From NCBI RefSeq assembly GCF_902150065.1, contig NC_043987.1, positions 1,689,386-1,753,385 of the forward strand: a stretch of 64,000 nucleotides of DNA, in the 5' to 3' direction. The DNA comes from Myripristis murdjan. Taxonomy: Eukaryota. Below are positions 52,202 through 64,000 of this stretch, in pieces (position 1 is the first letter of the stretch; each line of letters opens with the position of its first letter). The notes beneath the pieces were generated by a model. The model searched no databases and had not been told where the DNA came from. It saw only the letters and a program-made list of their open reading frames with translations. The translations under genes were made by a program, and so were the position numbers.

Positions 52202-53770
52202 GTAGGAATTACACCTCAGAAAATCTTAAATTAAAAAATCTTAGGCTTTAAGAAGTATGACAATATTTTAAATACAGTCTATAAATCTCTTGATGTTTAA
52301 TGTGCACTATCTAATACAGGTTTACTTTAAAGTACACTACACACAGGAAAAATAAGGGTGCCATCTGGGGCCAAAAATGTACCATAGGTCAAAGTAATGC
52401 CATAGGACAACCTTTTCTGGTGCCTCAAAGAGCAAAAAATCAGTTCTTTGAGGAAAGTACATTCATTACTCCAATGAAGAGAGAAGAGAAAAGCTAGATT
52501 GAAAACACAGTAAATTCTAGTTTCTTACAAGAAAATCGAAGGTGCCAACTGGAACTGAAAACAATTCTTCATAGTGGTACTGTTATGATAGCAAAAAGAA
52601 CTTTCAGACTACAGGTGGTTGTTCTTTGAGGTGGTGCTGAAATGGTTGGAAACAATTTTATTAAATATTTAAAGGACCCCACTGAAGATTTTGAATGTTT
52701 GGCCCATTTACTACAATGTCTCCATATTTTACATGGCAACAAACCATTTTGCAAATCATGGCACTAAAGATTTTTATCTTTAGATTCTTATTGGCATTTA
52801 ATCAAAATCCCTCCATTTGTACATCAGATTTTTTTTTGTTGAGACACCCACCTATTCTACTTCTGCAGCTAACCATAAGCCCTTTTCATATTTGTGCCCT
52901 AGGCCTCCTTAGCCCTAGGTTAACTGAGCCTTGAACTAATTATTCAAGCCTAAGCCCAGGGCTTAGGTTAGCCTCAATTCACACTAATACTTACTAACCC
53001 ATGCCTAACAACCCTTGCCTTAGCCCTGGATTAAGGATTCATCCTTGAAAATCAAAGCCCAGGGTTAATGTCCTTAGCACAGTTTTGATTGAACAACAAA
53101 CAATCTGTTGCTTTTCTAAGGATTGTATTGCTGCTGTTCTAACCTTGATTCTAACCATGATTCACATTAGAGACCTTGACCCCTACTTGTTGGGGATAAC
53201 TTGGGGCTAACCCTATTCTATAGCAGAGCCAGCAAGCCCCAGGCTAAAGTCAAGGTTAGTCCACTTTGGAATGTGCCAGAAACATGCCAGTGTAGGCCAT
53301 TTTCACTGCACAAAGAAAGCTTTCTCACTAAAACTGTGCTTTCACGTGTTCTAAGGACAACCCACCCCAGTAAACCCCAAGTACCCAGTTAGCCCTGGGT
53401 TAATAAGTGATAGTGTGAATCAAGGCTAACCTATGCCCTGTGCTACAGATAGCCCAGCACTTATTTAGCCTAGGGCTAAGGAACTCAAGTTTGAAAAGGA
53501 ACAGCAAAGTGCAGTGTGAACAGCCCCAAAGTTGTCATCAGTCATAAATCAGAGAACTGATAACTGGCTCTGTAAAGCAAATGTTTTCCTGGAGGACTTT
53601 CACACGGTGACAGAATACTGGTGTCAAGAATGTTCAAAGTCTCTGAAAATTCGTTTTAATATCATAGTGGAATGAATTGAAAACAATGGCTAGATAAAGA
53701 GTAGGAAAAATGATTTCAGAATTCTAAAATCTTGTCCATGAAAACATACAAACCCTGTCTGTTTACTTAG

Positions 53771-54103
53771 GGCGATGCTGGAGGTCCTCTGATGTCTAAG
53801 CTGGATGGTTCCTGGATCCAGGCGGCGGTCTTAACAGTCACAGGCAGTGACAATAATCAAACACGAACAAGAAATGGCTCACCAATGGTTTTCACCAAAA
53901 TGAGCGCCTACCAGGAGTTCCTTCGAAGCACAATTGGACCCTTCTTATCTCCAGCCACCAACGTCACAAGCACAAACAGCACAATGACCACGGCCGCCCC
54001 CACCCCCACCACTGAAAATGGCACTTCTCCTCTTCTTCACTCTCCCTTCTTGCTTCTCTTGTTCATCACCTCCATATACCTCCTCCTGTGCTTTGAGAAA
54101 TAG
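53771..54103 (+). CDS. Serine protease terminal exon H, domain 2 (GDAGGPLMSKLDGSWIQAAVLTVTGSDNNQTRTRNGSPMVFTKMSAYQEFLRSTIGPFLSPATNVTSTNSTMTTAAPTPTTENGTSPLLHSPFLLLLFITSIYLLLCFEK*); Ser195 replaced by Ala, followed by a hydrophobic GPI-signal-like tail
   Basis: Acceptor tttacttag|. GDAGGP (GCT at 53777-79). TAG stop 54101-03. C-terminal 20-residue hydrophobic segment after a small-residue stretch. Summed exons A-H from TGT 46622 are 1695 nt, in frame. Confidence 0.75.
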   Translation, partial: GDAGGPLMSKLDGSWIQAAVLTVTGSDNNQTRTRNGSPMVFTKMSAYQEFLRSTIGPFLSPATNVTSTNSTMTTAAPTPTTENGTSPLLHSPFLLLLFITSIYLLLCFEK

Positions 54104-54445
54104 GGACTCTGTCTTCCAATACCTCAGAGCAATCTCTTAGGATATGCCAAAGTTAGATTGTGATAGTTGGATGCAAAAAGTGCTGCATACACAGAAATTT
54201 GATTAAAAGGATGGGTCACCCATTCTGTAAAATGTGACATTATTTCACTCCCCCCTCTAGTGGTTATGACTCTTCAGTGCTGGAAGATAACTGACAAGTA
54301 ATGTTGCAGCTAGCCTCTTCTTTTCCTCTGCTCCCCCTCTATCACACGCAATATTTTATGGTAATTTTTACACCATTTTGGATTGTTAAACTTCTGCTAC
54401 ACATTGTCAAACTTTGTTTATTAAATAACCTGAATGGATTAAGGT

Positions 54446-54481
<36 letters not shown>

Positions 54482-56589
54482 CAAAATGTTAGCTGGGGGG
54501 AAGTCCACCTCTGTGGCAGGAGGCTAACAGTTAGCATTTGGAGCATCCAGCCAGTATCCAGCACTCAGTAACAATGAGAGGAAGAGAGCACCACTACTGT
54601 CCTACAGAACAGCTGGGGGGGAGTGAAATAATATCCCATTTCTCAAAATAGGTGAACTATACTTTTAAAGGGGCATTAAACAAAGACAGCTTGCTCTGCA
54701 GCAGGTTATGTTCAGGGAATGTTTTAGTAAAGGAGGATAAAAATCCTGCCTTCCAGAGGGTCCAAAGGACCTTTTGAAACAAGCTTTACTACAAAATATT
54801 TTTTACATAATTAGATATCAGTAGCATTTGACTTGAATTAGACAAGCATTACAAATAAATGCACTGCTGGATTAATAGATTGTAAGAAGGACTATCCACA
54901 GGCTGACAGTGACTCAGTGTCACATCGCAGAGCCGTATCAAAGAAAAAAACGAATGCTGTGCCATAATGACAGGCATTTAGAAGCCTATTCAGCTAGCTT
55001 TGTCATCCTGCAATCCTCTCTGGCCTTGTGCTTTTGTATCACTCATGTCTCTATTTTAATAATTTCATGTGCAATTTTGTTTGCCACACTTTTACAGTCC
55101 ACTAGGGTTGGAAATTGCTGGCAGTTTATATAACAGATTTACTTGTAGTCTACTGTTTTTTGATCATTTTCTACTTTTTTATTCCTAGTTATATTCTCAT
55201 ACTCTATTTCCCTTTCCTCACTGAATTGTGCCATTTTTATCCTGCTGTTAGGTATTGTGTATCACAGAGATGCTGTGCCTGTATTGAGCTGGCATCACGA
55301 CATAAAGCACTGACAAAGTAATTGTTACATATCTGGTGTTGATCACCCCTCACATGTTTTATGCTAATTTTGTGCAGATAAAGTGATACTTGTTACTGGG
55401 GGTGTAACAATTAACCAGCCGTTCAGTTTGTATTGCGTATTTTGGGTCTCGATTTTGGTTTGATTTGTTTTGTACATCAGGGGAAACCCTATTGTAACTA
55501 TTTGTAATGTTCTCTGTATTTTGCAAAGACAAAATACAGAAAAAATTGCAAAATAACTTTTTTCATTCCAAGATTTGGGATAAACAAATAGTCTTTCAAA
55601 GATAAAAGTGTAAGTCTTCAGCTAAGTGTGTGGCTGTATGGCTCTCATACAGTGGATGTGTATGTAACACTGCACTTTGTAGGCTGTATTGTGGACTGTA
55701 TTGTGGATTTTTTTATGATTTGGTTTTACACCCTTATTTATTACATTTGTAACACTTTGAAACTTGAACAAATTCATTTTGTTTCTTTCAGAAACATGGG
55801 GGAAATGGTGATTAAGCAAATTACCGCAACATTTAAAAAAAGAACAGCATATACATGAATAAAATAAAATCATGAGGAAATTAGCATAATATGAGCAAAG
55901 GTAAATGATTTGAAAAATACAAGAAAGCTATATTTATAATTATTAAAATGAGATATTCGAACATCAGCTCAGTGATGCTGGATCAGCATCTGTTTTTTGT
56001 GTTTAAATGCTTATGAAACTTTCGCACATATACATGAAGGAAAAACAAAGATTCCTTTTTTTTTTTTTAATTTGCTGTGGGAAAAAATGAAATCATTTTG
56101 CTCCTAGCAATAGCACTTATGCATTTTTAGAAATGTATGTTAAGGATCTCAGGAATTTCTTATCTTAAATGGGCAATTGGTGGTGAGAGAACTTGGTGTA
56201 AATGAAGACATACTGTAAACAACATGGCACTGAATCCCGTTTGATCTGTGAATACTCATGCTGCACTTAAAATCAGTTGGTCTTAATAGTTTCCCTGTAC
56301 ACTGTCATTGAATAAAAACATTCTGTGAACAATAATAACAATACTAATCATAATAAATAATCACCGTATGATTCTACTCCTCCTTTTGAATGATGTACAA
56401 ATTTGATGTACAAATTCTTTGTTGAACTGACTTCATTACATTTTTTCTTATATTGTTATATATCTTATACATGCTTGTCTATGGATATTCTCATTTATCC
56501 AGGTCATCGTTCTCTTTGGGCAAACTGAATCGTAGGCAACTGGACTTGTATTTGTCTTAGTTTCGCGTTTCGCCTCTTATCCAAGGTGC

Positions 56590-56651
56590 TTCATCAGTTC
56601 GTACACATCGGATCCGATGCGTACGAACTGATGAAGCACCTTGATGAAACA
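56590..56651. repeat. 62-bp near-perfect palindrome centred on GGATCC (AAGGTGCTTCATCAGTTCGTACACATCGGATCCGATGCGTACGAACTGATGAAGCACCTT)
   Basis: 28-bp arms with a single mismatch; read directly. Confidence 0.8.
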
Positions 56652-56983
56652 CAAAGAAAACATATACATGCTCTGCCATCCAGTTTGCATATAAACAATG
56701 AAAACTATTGGGGAGAATAAAGTATCGATCTTGAATGCCTCCTGTGCACAGTTTAACAACATCATTTGTGATATTGGGCTATACAAATGAAATTGACTGG
56801 CATAGGCCCACTGGTTACTCGAGTGCCGCTACTGTCCCAGGGCAGCGAGTGGGACAGGACAGCAAAATGGTCTCCTCACGGCGGCTATACCAGCCAGAGG
56901 AGGTGGCCTTTCTCCTGCAGGCAGAGCAGGGGAGAGCTGTCTGCTGCTTGCTGGAGAAAAACTCTGTAAAAAGTGTCAGAGGC

Positions 56984-57170
56984 TGGGGCGCCCCAGCCCG
57001 GTAGCTCACTTGGTAGAGCACATACCACCTGTTAAGAGTCCTGATCACAGCATCCTGGGTTCAAATCCGACCTCAGTCCATTTTCTGCATGTCATCCACT
57101 CTCTCTGCCCTGCCTTTCCTGTCTCTCTCTACTGTGACTGTCAAATAAAGCAGAAATGTCAAATGTCAGA
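56984..57170 (+). mobile_element. SINE copy 4 (plus orientation): tRNA-like head GGTAGCTCACTTGGTAGAGCAC...GGGTTCAAATCC, core CTGCATGTCATCC, tail CTACTGTGACTGTCAAATAAAG
   Basis: Most complete copy; defines family orientation. Confidence 0.6.
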
Positions 57171-57214
57171 GACTGATATCAGTGGTGGAAAGAGTAACTA
57201 CAAACTGCTCCTCA

Positions 57215-57480
57215 AGTACAAGTACTGTTCCTCTGCTGATATTTGACTGCAGCAGAAGTAGAAGTACTGTTCCTCTGCTGGTATGTGACTGCAGTAGAAG
57301 TAGAAGTACTGTTCCTCTGCTGGTATGTGACTGCAGTAGAAGTAGAAGTACTGTTCCTCTGCTGGTATGTGACTGCAGTAGAAGTAGAAGTACTATTCCT
57401 CTGCTGGTATGTGACTGCAGTAGAAGTAGAAGTACTGTTCCTCTGCTGGTATGTGACTGCAGTAGAAGTAGAAGTAGTGC
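57215..57480. repeat. 42-bp minisatellite x about 6 (CTGCAGTAGAAGTAGAAGTACTGTTCCTCTGCTGGTATGTGA)
   Basis: Exact tandem copies. Produces the repetitive track ORFs 57182..57643, 57212..57502 and 57243..57485. Confidence 0.9.
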
Positions 57481-59477
57481 AGTAAAAATGTCCTGCAGTC
57501 AAAGTCCAAAGTGTCTCATTTCAAATGTCCTGGCAGTAAAAGTGACTGAGCTCCTTTTTCCAAACAGTAACTGTGTTAGCTGGGATCTTTTCCATGCAGT
57601 TAGAAAAGGAGGAGAGAACACACTGCAAACTACATGCTTTTAAAGGGGCATTACACTCAACTGAGGTGAGGATCCTGTAGACTCAACTGACACATGGGGA
57701 ATAAGCACATCATGTGATGCTTGAGTCTACATGGTTCTCAGTGTCCACACTTATTCTACAGTTTTTGCCGGTTCAGTCTCAACGGACCTCGCTGCAGTTG
57801 TTCATGGTGCAGCTTTTATTAAGGAGTGGCAAAAACTAGAACCAACAAAGTCGGGTTCCTCTTCTCATATTTGCTGACCTTGAGACTGTCAAAGGTTCCA
57901 CAGTCTGTCACTGATCATTTGTTCTCTGCAATGGATCTAATATAAAATGTAGTGAAGGACAAAACTCAGCAAAACGTGCTGAAGTAAAAGTTAATTTACT
58001 GGCTTAAAAAAATACTCCAGAAAAAGTACAATAAACAGTGACATGAGGAAATGTATTTAGTTGCTTCTACCACTAGATCTGCAATAAACTATTTTAGACC
58101 AGTGGTCAGACATGAAAACATTTTTTTTTTTTTTTTCAAAAAATGAACTGCATTAATGAGAACAGGGCATCCAGCGCACAGCCAAACAGTGGAGACAAGT
58201 AAAGTAAGACAAGCTTACAAAAATAGATGAAGCCTGGAGCTCCTGCTGCTCTTCACAGCTGGCTGTTAGTCCAAGTTACTCTTTTAAGCTAATTATGCTT
58301 GTCAGTACACTCCTGATCAAAATCTTAAGGCCAGTTGAGAAATTGCAAGAATTTACATTTTGCACTGTTGGATCTTAAGAAGATTCTAAGTAGAGCTTCA
58401 AAATGCAAAAAGAAGAAATTGGAGTGAGACAAAAAAAAAAAACAAAAAAAAAAATTTGAGTAAGCAATTTATTGCAAACAAACTGAAATAGGCTGTTCAT
58501 CAGCTGATCAAAAGTTTAAGACCACAGCCTTTAAAAGCCCAAATCTTGGCAAAAATGTGGATTCAGTGTGATTTTCTGTCAGGTATCCACACTGTCATGA
58601 CCTCCTGATGGCAAAGGCAAAAAAACTCCAGTCCAGTCCAGTCCAGTCCAGAGTCCAGTGCATGCACATGAATACCATTATTAGCCATATCTAATGAGAA
58701 ATAAAATCTGATAATTAGTTGTATACCTGTTTCATTCTTTTAAATAAATAATTAAGACACACAAAAGTTCTGATATTACAGTACATCTTTGCCATTGAAT
58801 TTATGATGAAGTAAATGTGCGAGAACTGTTGTAATTTTAAAGTGTGAGAGAGAATACACCAATTGCAGAGCGTGGGAATTCATGTGAGTTGACACTGACA
58901 GCAGCAGGGCAGAGGTCAGAGGAGAAATTCACATGATCCTTACATAAGTCTGAGCCTTGAAAGTGAGTACCACTGGCGGTTCTGGGGAGGAGACAGCAGG
59001 GGCCAGTGCCCCCGAGTCTGGACCCCGCTGTGGCCCCCCCTCCGAACAAAGATTATACATTGTGATGCGGCTTTCACATAGCGTGTGGTTTGGGCCGCGC
59101 TCTGCCAAGTCTGCTATGACGGCGCAGACTTGCGCAGAGCAGCGTGCACACGCGGGCCATTTCTTCTTGTGGTTGTTGGCTCTGTACAGGACACTTTAGA
59201 GATGCTGTGTCAAACATAGGAACATCAGGGGGACGGTGCTGTTATTTCCTATTACTGACAAAGAAATGAGACAAATGAACTGGAGGGAAAACTGGTTCAC
59301 TGCAGCCACAAAGAATTGAAGATATGTTACTTTTTAATTTTTTTTTATTTATACATTAATTCATTTTTTTTTTTATCGTTGGGAAACAGGTACTGGAGTA
59401 TTTTAATAATAATACTGGAGTATTGGAGCATTTTAAATTAAAAGCTGAAACTGAAAAAACAAAATTGGAAAGGACAA

Positions 59478-59482
<5 letters not shown>

Positions 59483-59520
<38 letters not shown>
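59483..59520. repeat. (CA)n microsatellite
   Basis: Read directly. Confidence 0.95.
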
Positions 59521-59522
<2 letters not shown>

Positions 59523-62500
59523 CAGGTCCCGTCCCCGTATCAAGGAGCAGGCGCAGGCGGTATGGTATTAACGGCAACGACCGCAGTCTTCATGTCGGTG
59601 ACCCTGACCAGAAGCCACGGAGCAGTTCTTGGCACATCATGGTGGCGCAGTCTGGACAACAGCACGGTCCTTGCGACCAGATGTTCAGCAGGCCAATGGA
59701 CCGTCTCCATGACAACCGTGATGCAGGCATTGGCTCCTCCTAGCAGAAGAGAGCCTGCATCCGTCAGCATCACCAGTCTGTGGACCCTCATAGTCCAGTA
59801 ATTTTAGCCCAAAATTGGGGTCAACCTAGGACAAATTGCAAGAGAAGCAAATTGCAAGAGTTTTTTTCTCTTGCAATTTGTCCTAGGTTTTTTCCTAAAA
59901 TGACTGGACTAATAGTCTCTGCGCAGGCTGCACCGACCACCGGAGACCGGCCTGAGGGGCACACCTGCTGTGCAGCTAGCAGAGCCAGCTGGAGAGCCCG
60001 CCTGGGAAAGGCGAGACTCGCTTGGTCTTTGCTCAGTCTGAGAGCAGATCCAGCAGATGTGGACACCCCCCCGCTGAACTTGGAGAGCGGACACACACTG
60101 CCGAGCGGCCAGCCCTATACAGGCAGCCTAACCTGGTCTCAGACCAGCCGAAGGCCAACTCCAGCATGTGCGACACACACCTGCTGCCGAGCCGGCTTTT
60201 TATGGCCTCTGCTGCTCCGGCCAGTGACGTCACCAGTCAACCAGATGATGAGGACGCACGCGCAGCATAGACAACACCTGGGACAGTGCTCAGTACTTTA
60301 CAGTCACCTGCACAGATACGTGTTTGTGACGGACGGCATGACGTCACAATGGCTACAGCTCTACATTCTGCATTGTTGATTGTTTTTTGTTTGTGTCCAC
60401 GGACACTGAGTATGCAGGTAACACATCCGCTCAGTTAAAACAGGCTGTGGGGCTAGAGTTTGAAATTTGGTCTCAGCCTCAGTTGATGCTGAAATGACGA
60501 TGAAATAGTCTGTGTGCGATTAAGATGAACATTGTTATGAGGTGAGACAAACAACTGTAACTGTAGAGTGTATGGACCTTTTGTTTTGCCACTTGTGCTC
60601 CTTGCTTGAGTTTGTACTGTTTCCAATGATGTGCAGTGTGTTTCCTGTCATTGTGTGTGTTGTTGTTGAGCCTTGCTTTGTTCTAGCACCTCCAGCAGGC
60701 CAAAATGTTGTAGCAGCTGTAGTGCTGGTTGAAATTTTCTCTTGGTGTGTTTTTATCAGGCGGTAACTGGAACCAAGTTCCATAATCCGAATGCAGCTCT
60801 GTTTACACAAAGGCGTTCATCATGAAAGGCACGCATGCACAGCGTGCACGTATGTGGCGCTGGTTGCTACGCGACTGAAACAGACGCTAGGAAGTAGTTT
60901 TCCGTTGTGGCGCAATTTTTCTCTGGTGGACAGCACAGCAGCTTCGGATGCACCGTGTAAAGAGGCGAATCCATTTTTTAATTTATGAATTAGCTGAACT
61001 AATGCTTCTTAATAAATTATGTTACATGAACGAAGGCTGTATTTTTTCTCATTTCATGTGATTTCACCTGTTACCTGTTGTGTGTGTGACTTCACATAGA
61101 ATTTTATAATAAATGTATGACTATACTGCATTGTCTTTGCAAGAGTAGTGCATATCTCATGATGTCAATCATCTAGATTTCTAAAAATAAACGCAGACCA
61201 GTGTGCTCTTGCGCTCCGTGATCACATACACAATGAATGGCTGAGCCAGCCGCGGTCTGTGCCGTGCGTGCTCTGTGAAAGCCGCTTCAGAGCGTTGCAC
61301 CGCTGGAAACGGCGGTCAGTTTTGTTGATCTACGGTGAAAACAGCGAGCTCGAAAAGTCAACCACCTGATGAGAGGCAGTCAGAAGCAAGAAGCGACTAC
61401 CATGAACAATATTTTATTGTTACAAGGTAGCAGTAAGCTTTTAGAGTGTAAATATGATGATGATTTATTGATGATGATAAGAAGACAGTGGTGTAATGAA
61501 GATGTGATGATGATGTTGATGAAACTGCCTGATAAAGATTTTAGAAGCAGGAGTTTGTACTAAGTGAGGAGTTTGTCTGTACTAAATAGGATGTCTCCAC
61601 TGTTTCTGTCTCTTATACTTGTGTCTCAAATGTGATATTTTGAACCATTCAGTTTGGTTACAATGGGTAATCACTAGTTTTATGGGGGAAAAAAAATCAG
61701 ATATAATTTTGAGTCTTTGTCTTTTTTGCCCCGGGTTGAATGTGCCCCTCTGACAAAAGCCCTGGCCCCAGCCAGGCCCCTTCAGTAAAATTGCTCTAGA
61801 ACCGCCACTGGTGAGTACATACATTTTCATTCACAATACAATAGCACCCCTGATAGAAGAGCAGGACCATAATTACATGTGAATATTCCTCAGAAAATGT
61901 AACGTATAAAAGGCTGCTGATTCACACTAGAACAAAATATCGGCATTCTGGTTGCTTTGGGATGTAGGGCACTACCTGTAGAAGACCATCTGTGCAAGTA
62001 TGAAGTAAAACCAACCAGCAGATAGAAAATGACAAAGGATTGACCTGGATGTCCCTCTTTCAGGGCAGGCGTTTTTTTTTGTTTGTTTTTTTTGTTTTTT
62101 TTGTTTGCACTTTTTTTTTCTTTGTGGTGAGTCACTTTATTGATAAATTTCATGACCTTTGCAGTAAAAGTAAAACTTGGGACAATCCATTTCATGTAGG
62201 GGACATCTTAAAGATGTGAAAAACAGTCCTGTTTGTTCTACCCCGGGTAGGGGTATATCCTAATATGGGGGGTTTGGTTTCTTCACTAAACAAATCGCTC
62301 TAATGTGCGTCTAGTTTGATCCTTACAGGCACCCGTCCGATTCTATGGCAACGCAGCTGCTGTTTGTTCACACGCTAAACCGTTGGCCTAAGGCTGGCAG
62401 AACAGTGTCTGTAGAAACAAAGAGCCAACTCTCCTCATTTCAACAGTTAGAGAGTAAAAGTGTGAAAAATGTGAGTGTATCTGACTCGACCAGCTCGCAC

Positions 62501-62729
62501 AAGGTAAGGACAAGAGGTTTGCAGCACAGTTAGCGTTAGCTCTCTCTCTAGCACAGCGTTAACTAGCTAACGTTAGCAACCCGGCGCCATGAAAACACAA
62601 ACAACTGAAGCGTGAAGACGCACTAACTAACGCTATGTAAACTTTGCAGACTGTAGCTGCTCTACAAAAGTGCCTGTGCCCTCCCCCAGCCGGAAAGTGA
62701 CAGAGATGTGAGGCAGCCGGGCAGGAAGA

Positions 62730-62756
62730 ATGTCTTCCCAGGAGGAAGCAGCGGTG
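62730..62756 (+). CDS. Candidate first coding exon of a small transmembrane protein (MSSQEEAAV)
   Basis: ATG in Kozak context gaagaATGt. Donor GTG|gtaaga. Phase 0, matching the next exon. Confidence 0.35.
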
Positions 62757-62859
62757 GTAAGACAGAGCTCCGCCGCGTGTGTGCAGTCTGGGCGCTGCCA
62801 CCGAGCAGCACCCCTCTCTAACCGCCAACACCACGCCTGTGGCTCGTTTTGCTCCACAG

Positions 62860-62970
62860 GTGCTGCCGGTGTGGGGACTCGTCCTCCCTCTTCCAGCTGT
62901 ACTCATCATTGTCGTTGGCCTTTACATGGTCGTCCTGGCGGTGGCGCTGTTGGTCCGACGCTGCCTCAAG
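62860..62970 (+). CDS. Candidate exon 2 encoding a single TM helix plus basic stop-transfer (VLPVWGLVLPLPAVLIIVVGLYMVVLAVALLVRRCLK). The 3' boundary is uncertain; the frame stays open to about 63077
   Basis: Acceptor gctccacag|. 25-residue hydrophobic stretch followed by RRCLK. Possible donor AAG|gttggt. Confidence 0.35.
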
Positions 62971-63076
62971 GTTGGTGCTGCTGCCTCAGTGACAGCAAGT
63001 GGCTGTTGCCGCTGTCCTCACTGGTTGATCGAAGCCGCTGGCAGGGGCGTAGTGGACACGGAGGAAGTTGGGGGGC

Positions 63077-63078
<2 letters not shown>

Positions 63079-63156
<78 letters not shown>
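63079..63156. repeat. (TG)n microsatellite (about 39 units) in the putative intron of the TM-protein gene
   Basis: Read directly. Confidence 0.95.
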
Positions 63157-63158
<2 letters not shown>

Positions 63159-64000
63159 TCCCCCTCTCATTTCTGGAATCTGTCCCTTCTGTCTGCTGCT
63201 CTTAACTGCACCCATACACTCTTGAGTCCAGGTACCCAGTGGATTGTCTGCTGTATAAAATCAGAATCAGAAATACTTTATTGGTCCCTCAGGGGAAATT
63301 GGGTCAGTTGCAGTGGTTCAGATTCTCAAGAGAAGAATATTTTATAAGTGTAAGTGATATTATAAGAAAAAGAAATAAGAAATATAAAAATATGGACATT
63401 AGAAATTGGCAAAAAGGATGTGCCTTATGTATAAATGTGTGCATTAATCCTACAACATATTACAACAATAAATGCAGAAATAAGAAATTGAGCATATGTA
63501 AAAGGTATACCTACACCATATATATACAGGGATATTGCACTGTCCTATATGTGTACAATTACTGACTAGTGAAACAGTTAAATAAGCCATTTAACCAACC
63601 TGCCTCAAACCTATTTCATCTTCTCTTTGTTAATTGTATCTTTGTGTTTCTCCTTTTTAAAATGTGCGTACAAGCATTTTTCACAAGCATGTAACCCTTT
63701 GAAACAGTGGGTATATTAATTAAAAAAAGAAAAATCCCACAATTAAGAAGATTTATTAAAGGAAAAAAAAAAATCAAAATTTAGCAAACAAATTACCAGA
63801 TAATTAGGAAAATGGTCCTGGAAAATTAATTTGAAAATACCAAGAAAAACATTTACAGTTATTATAAATATGTATTTAAAATTAAATTACAAGGATATTA
63901 CCACAAAAATGTATAAATAAAATAAACTTGCCTTACCCCTCACAAAAAACAAGAAAGTTAATCAGAAAAAAGACACTGTGTTTATAAATGAAGTAAATTC

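Noticed and set aside
57182-57643. 153-aa ORF with SRSRSTVPLLVCDC repeats and overlapping ORFs on both strands
   Set aside because: Translation of the 42-bp minisatellite; no splice context or start signal.

Overview
This window is vertebrate nuclear DNA, almost certainly teleost fish. It is intron-rich, with GT-AG splice sites, microsatellites, tRNA-derived SINEs, MITEs and a LINE tail. It is not prokaryotic, so CRISPR arrays and operons do not apply. I read three protein-coding loci directly from the sequence, all on the + strand.

1. A complete 15-exon ortholog of FUS/TLS (fus), CDS 7359..32764, 533 codons. The SYGQ-rich low-complexity domain, RGG boxes, RRM, RanBP2-type zinc finger and the C-terminal PY-NLS (...RADHRQERRDRPY*) are all recognisable. 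A CRE (TGACGTCA) and an ETS-like promoter sit just upstream of exon 1.

2. A prostasin/polyserase-family secreted serine protease gene, at least 8 coding exons, 46620..54103. It encodes two tandem trypsin-like domains in one continuous frame. Domain 1 has an intact His/Asp/Ser triad. Domain 2 has all three catalytic residues substituted (AAHC to SADC, DIALL to NVAVL, GDSGGP to GDAGGP). It carries about ten N-glycosylation sequons and ends in a GPI-anchor-like hydrophobic tail. This mirrors the human 16p11.2 neighbourhood where PRSS8 and PRSS36 (polyserase-2) flank FUS. Its signal-peptide exon could not be located.

3. The 5' end of a small single-pass transmembrane protein gene (ATG 62730), preceded by a CpG/CRE-rich block with candidate untranslated exons.

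The rest of the window is interspersed repeats: four copies of one SINE family, several Tc1-like and hairpin MITEs, a roughly 1 kb TIR DNA transposon in fus intron 5, a long-TIR foldback in fus intron 13, an L2-like LINE 3' fragment, a 42-bp minisatellite, a cryptic TAGTG/TATAG satellite, inverted (GATA)n tracts bracketing fus exon 1, and many dinucleotide repeats. Most Met-initiated ORFs in the supplied six-frame track are intronic or repeat artefacts; real exons were recovered by following splice sites and phase.
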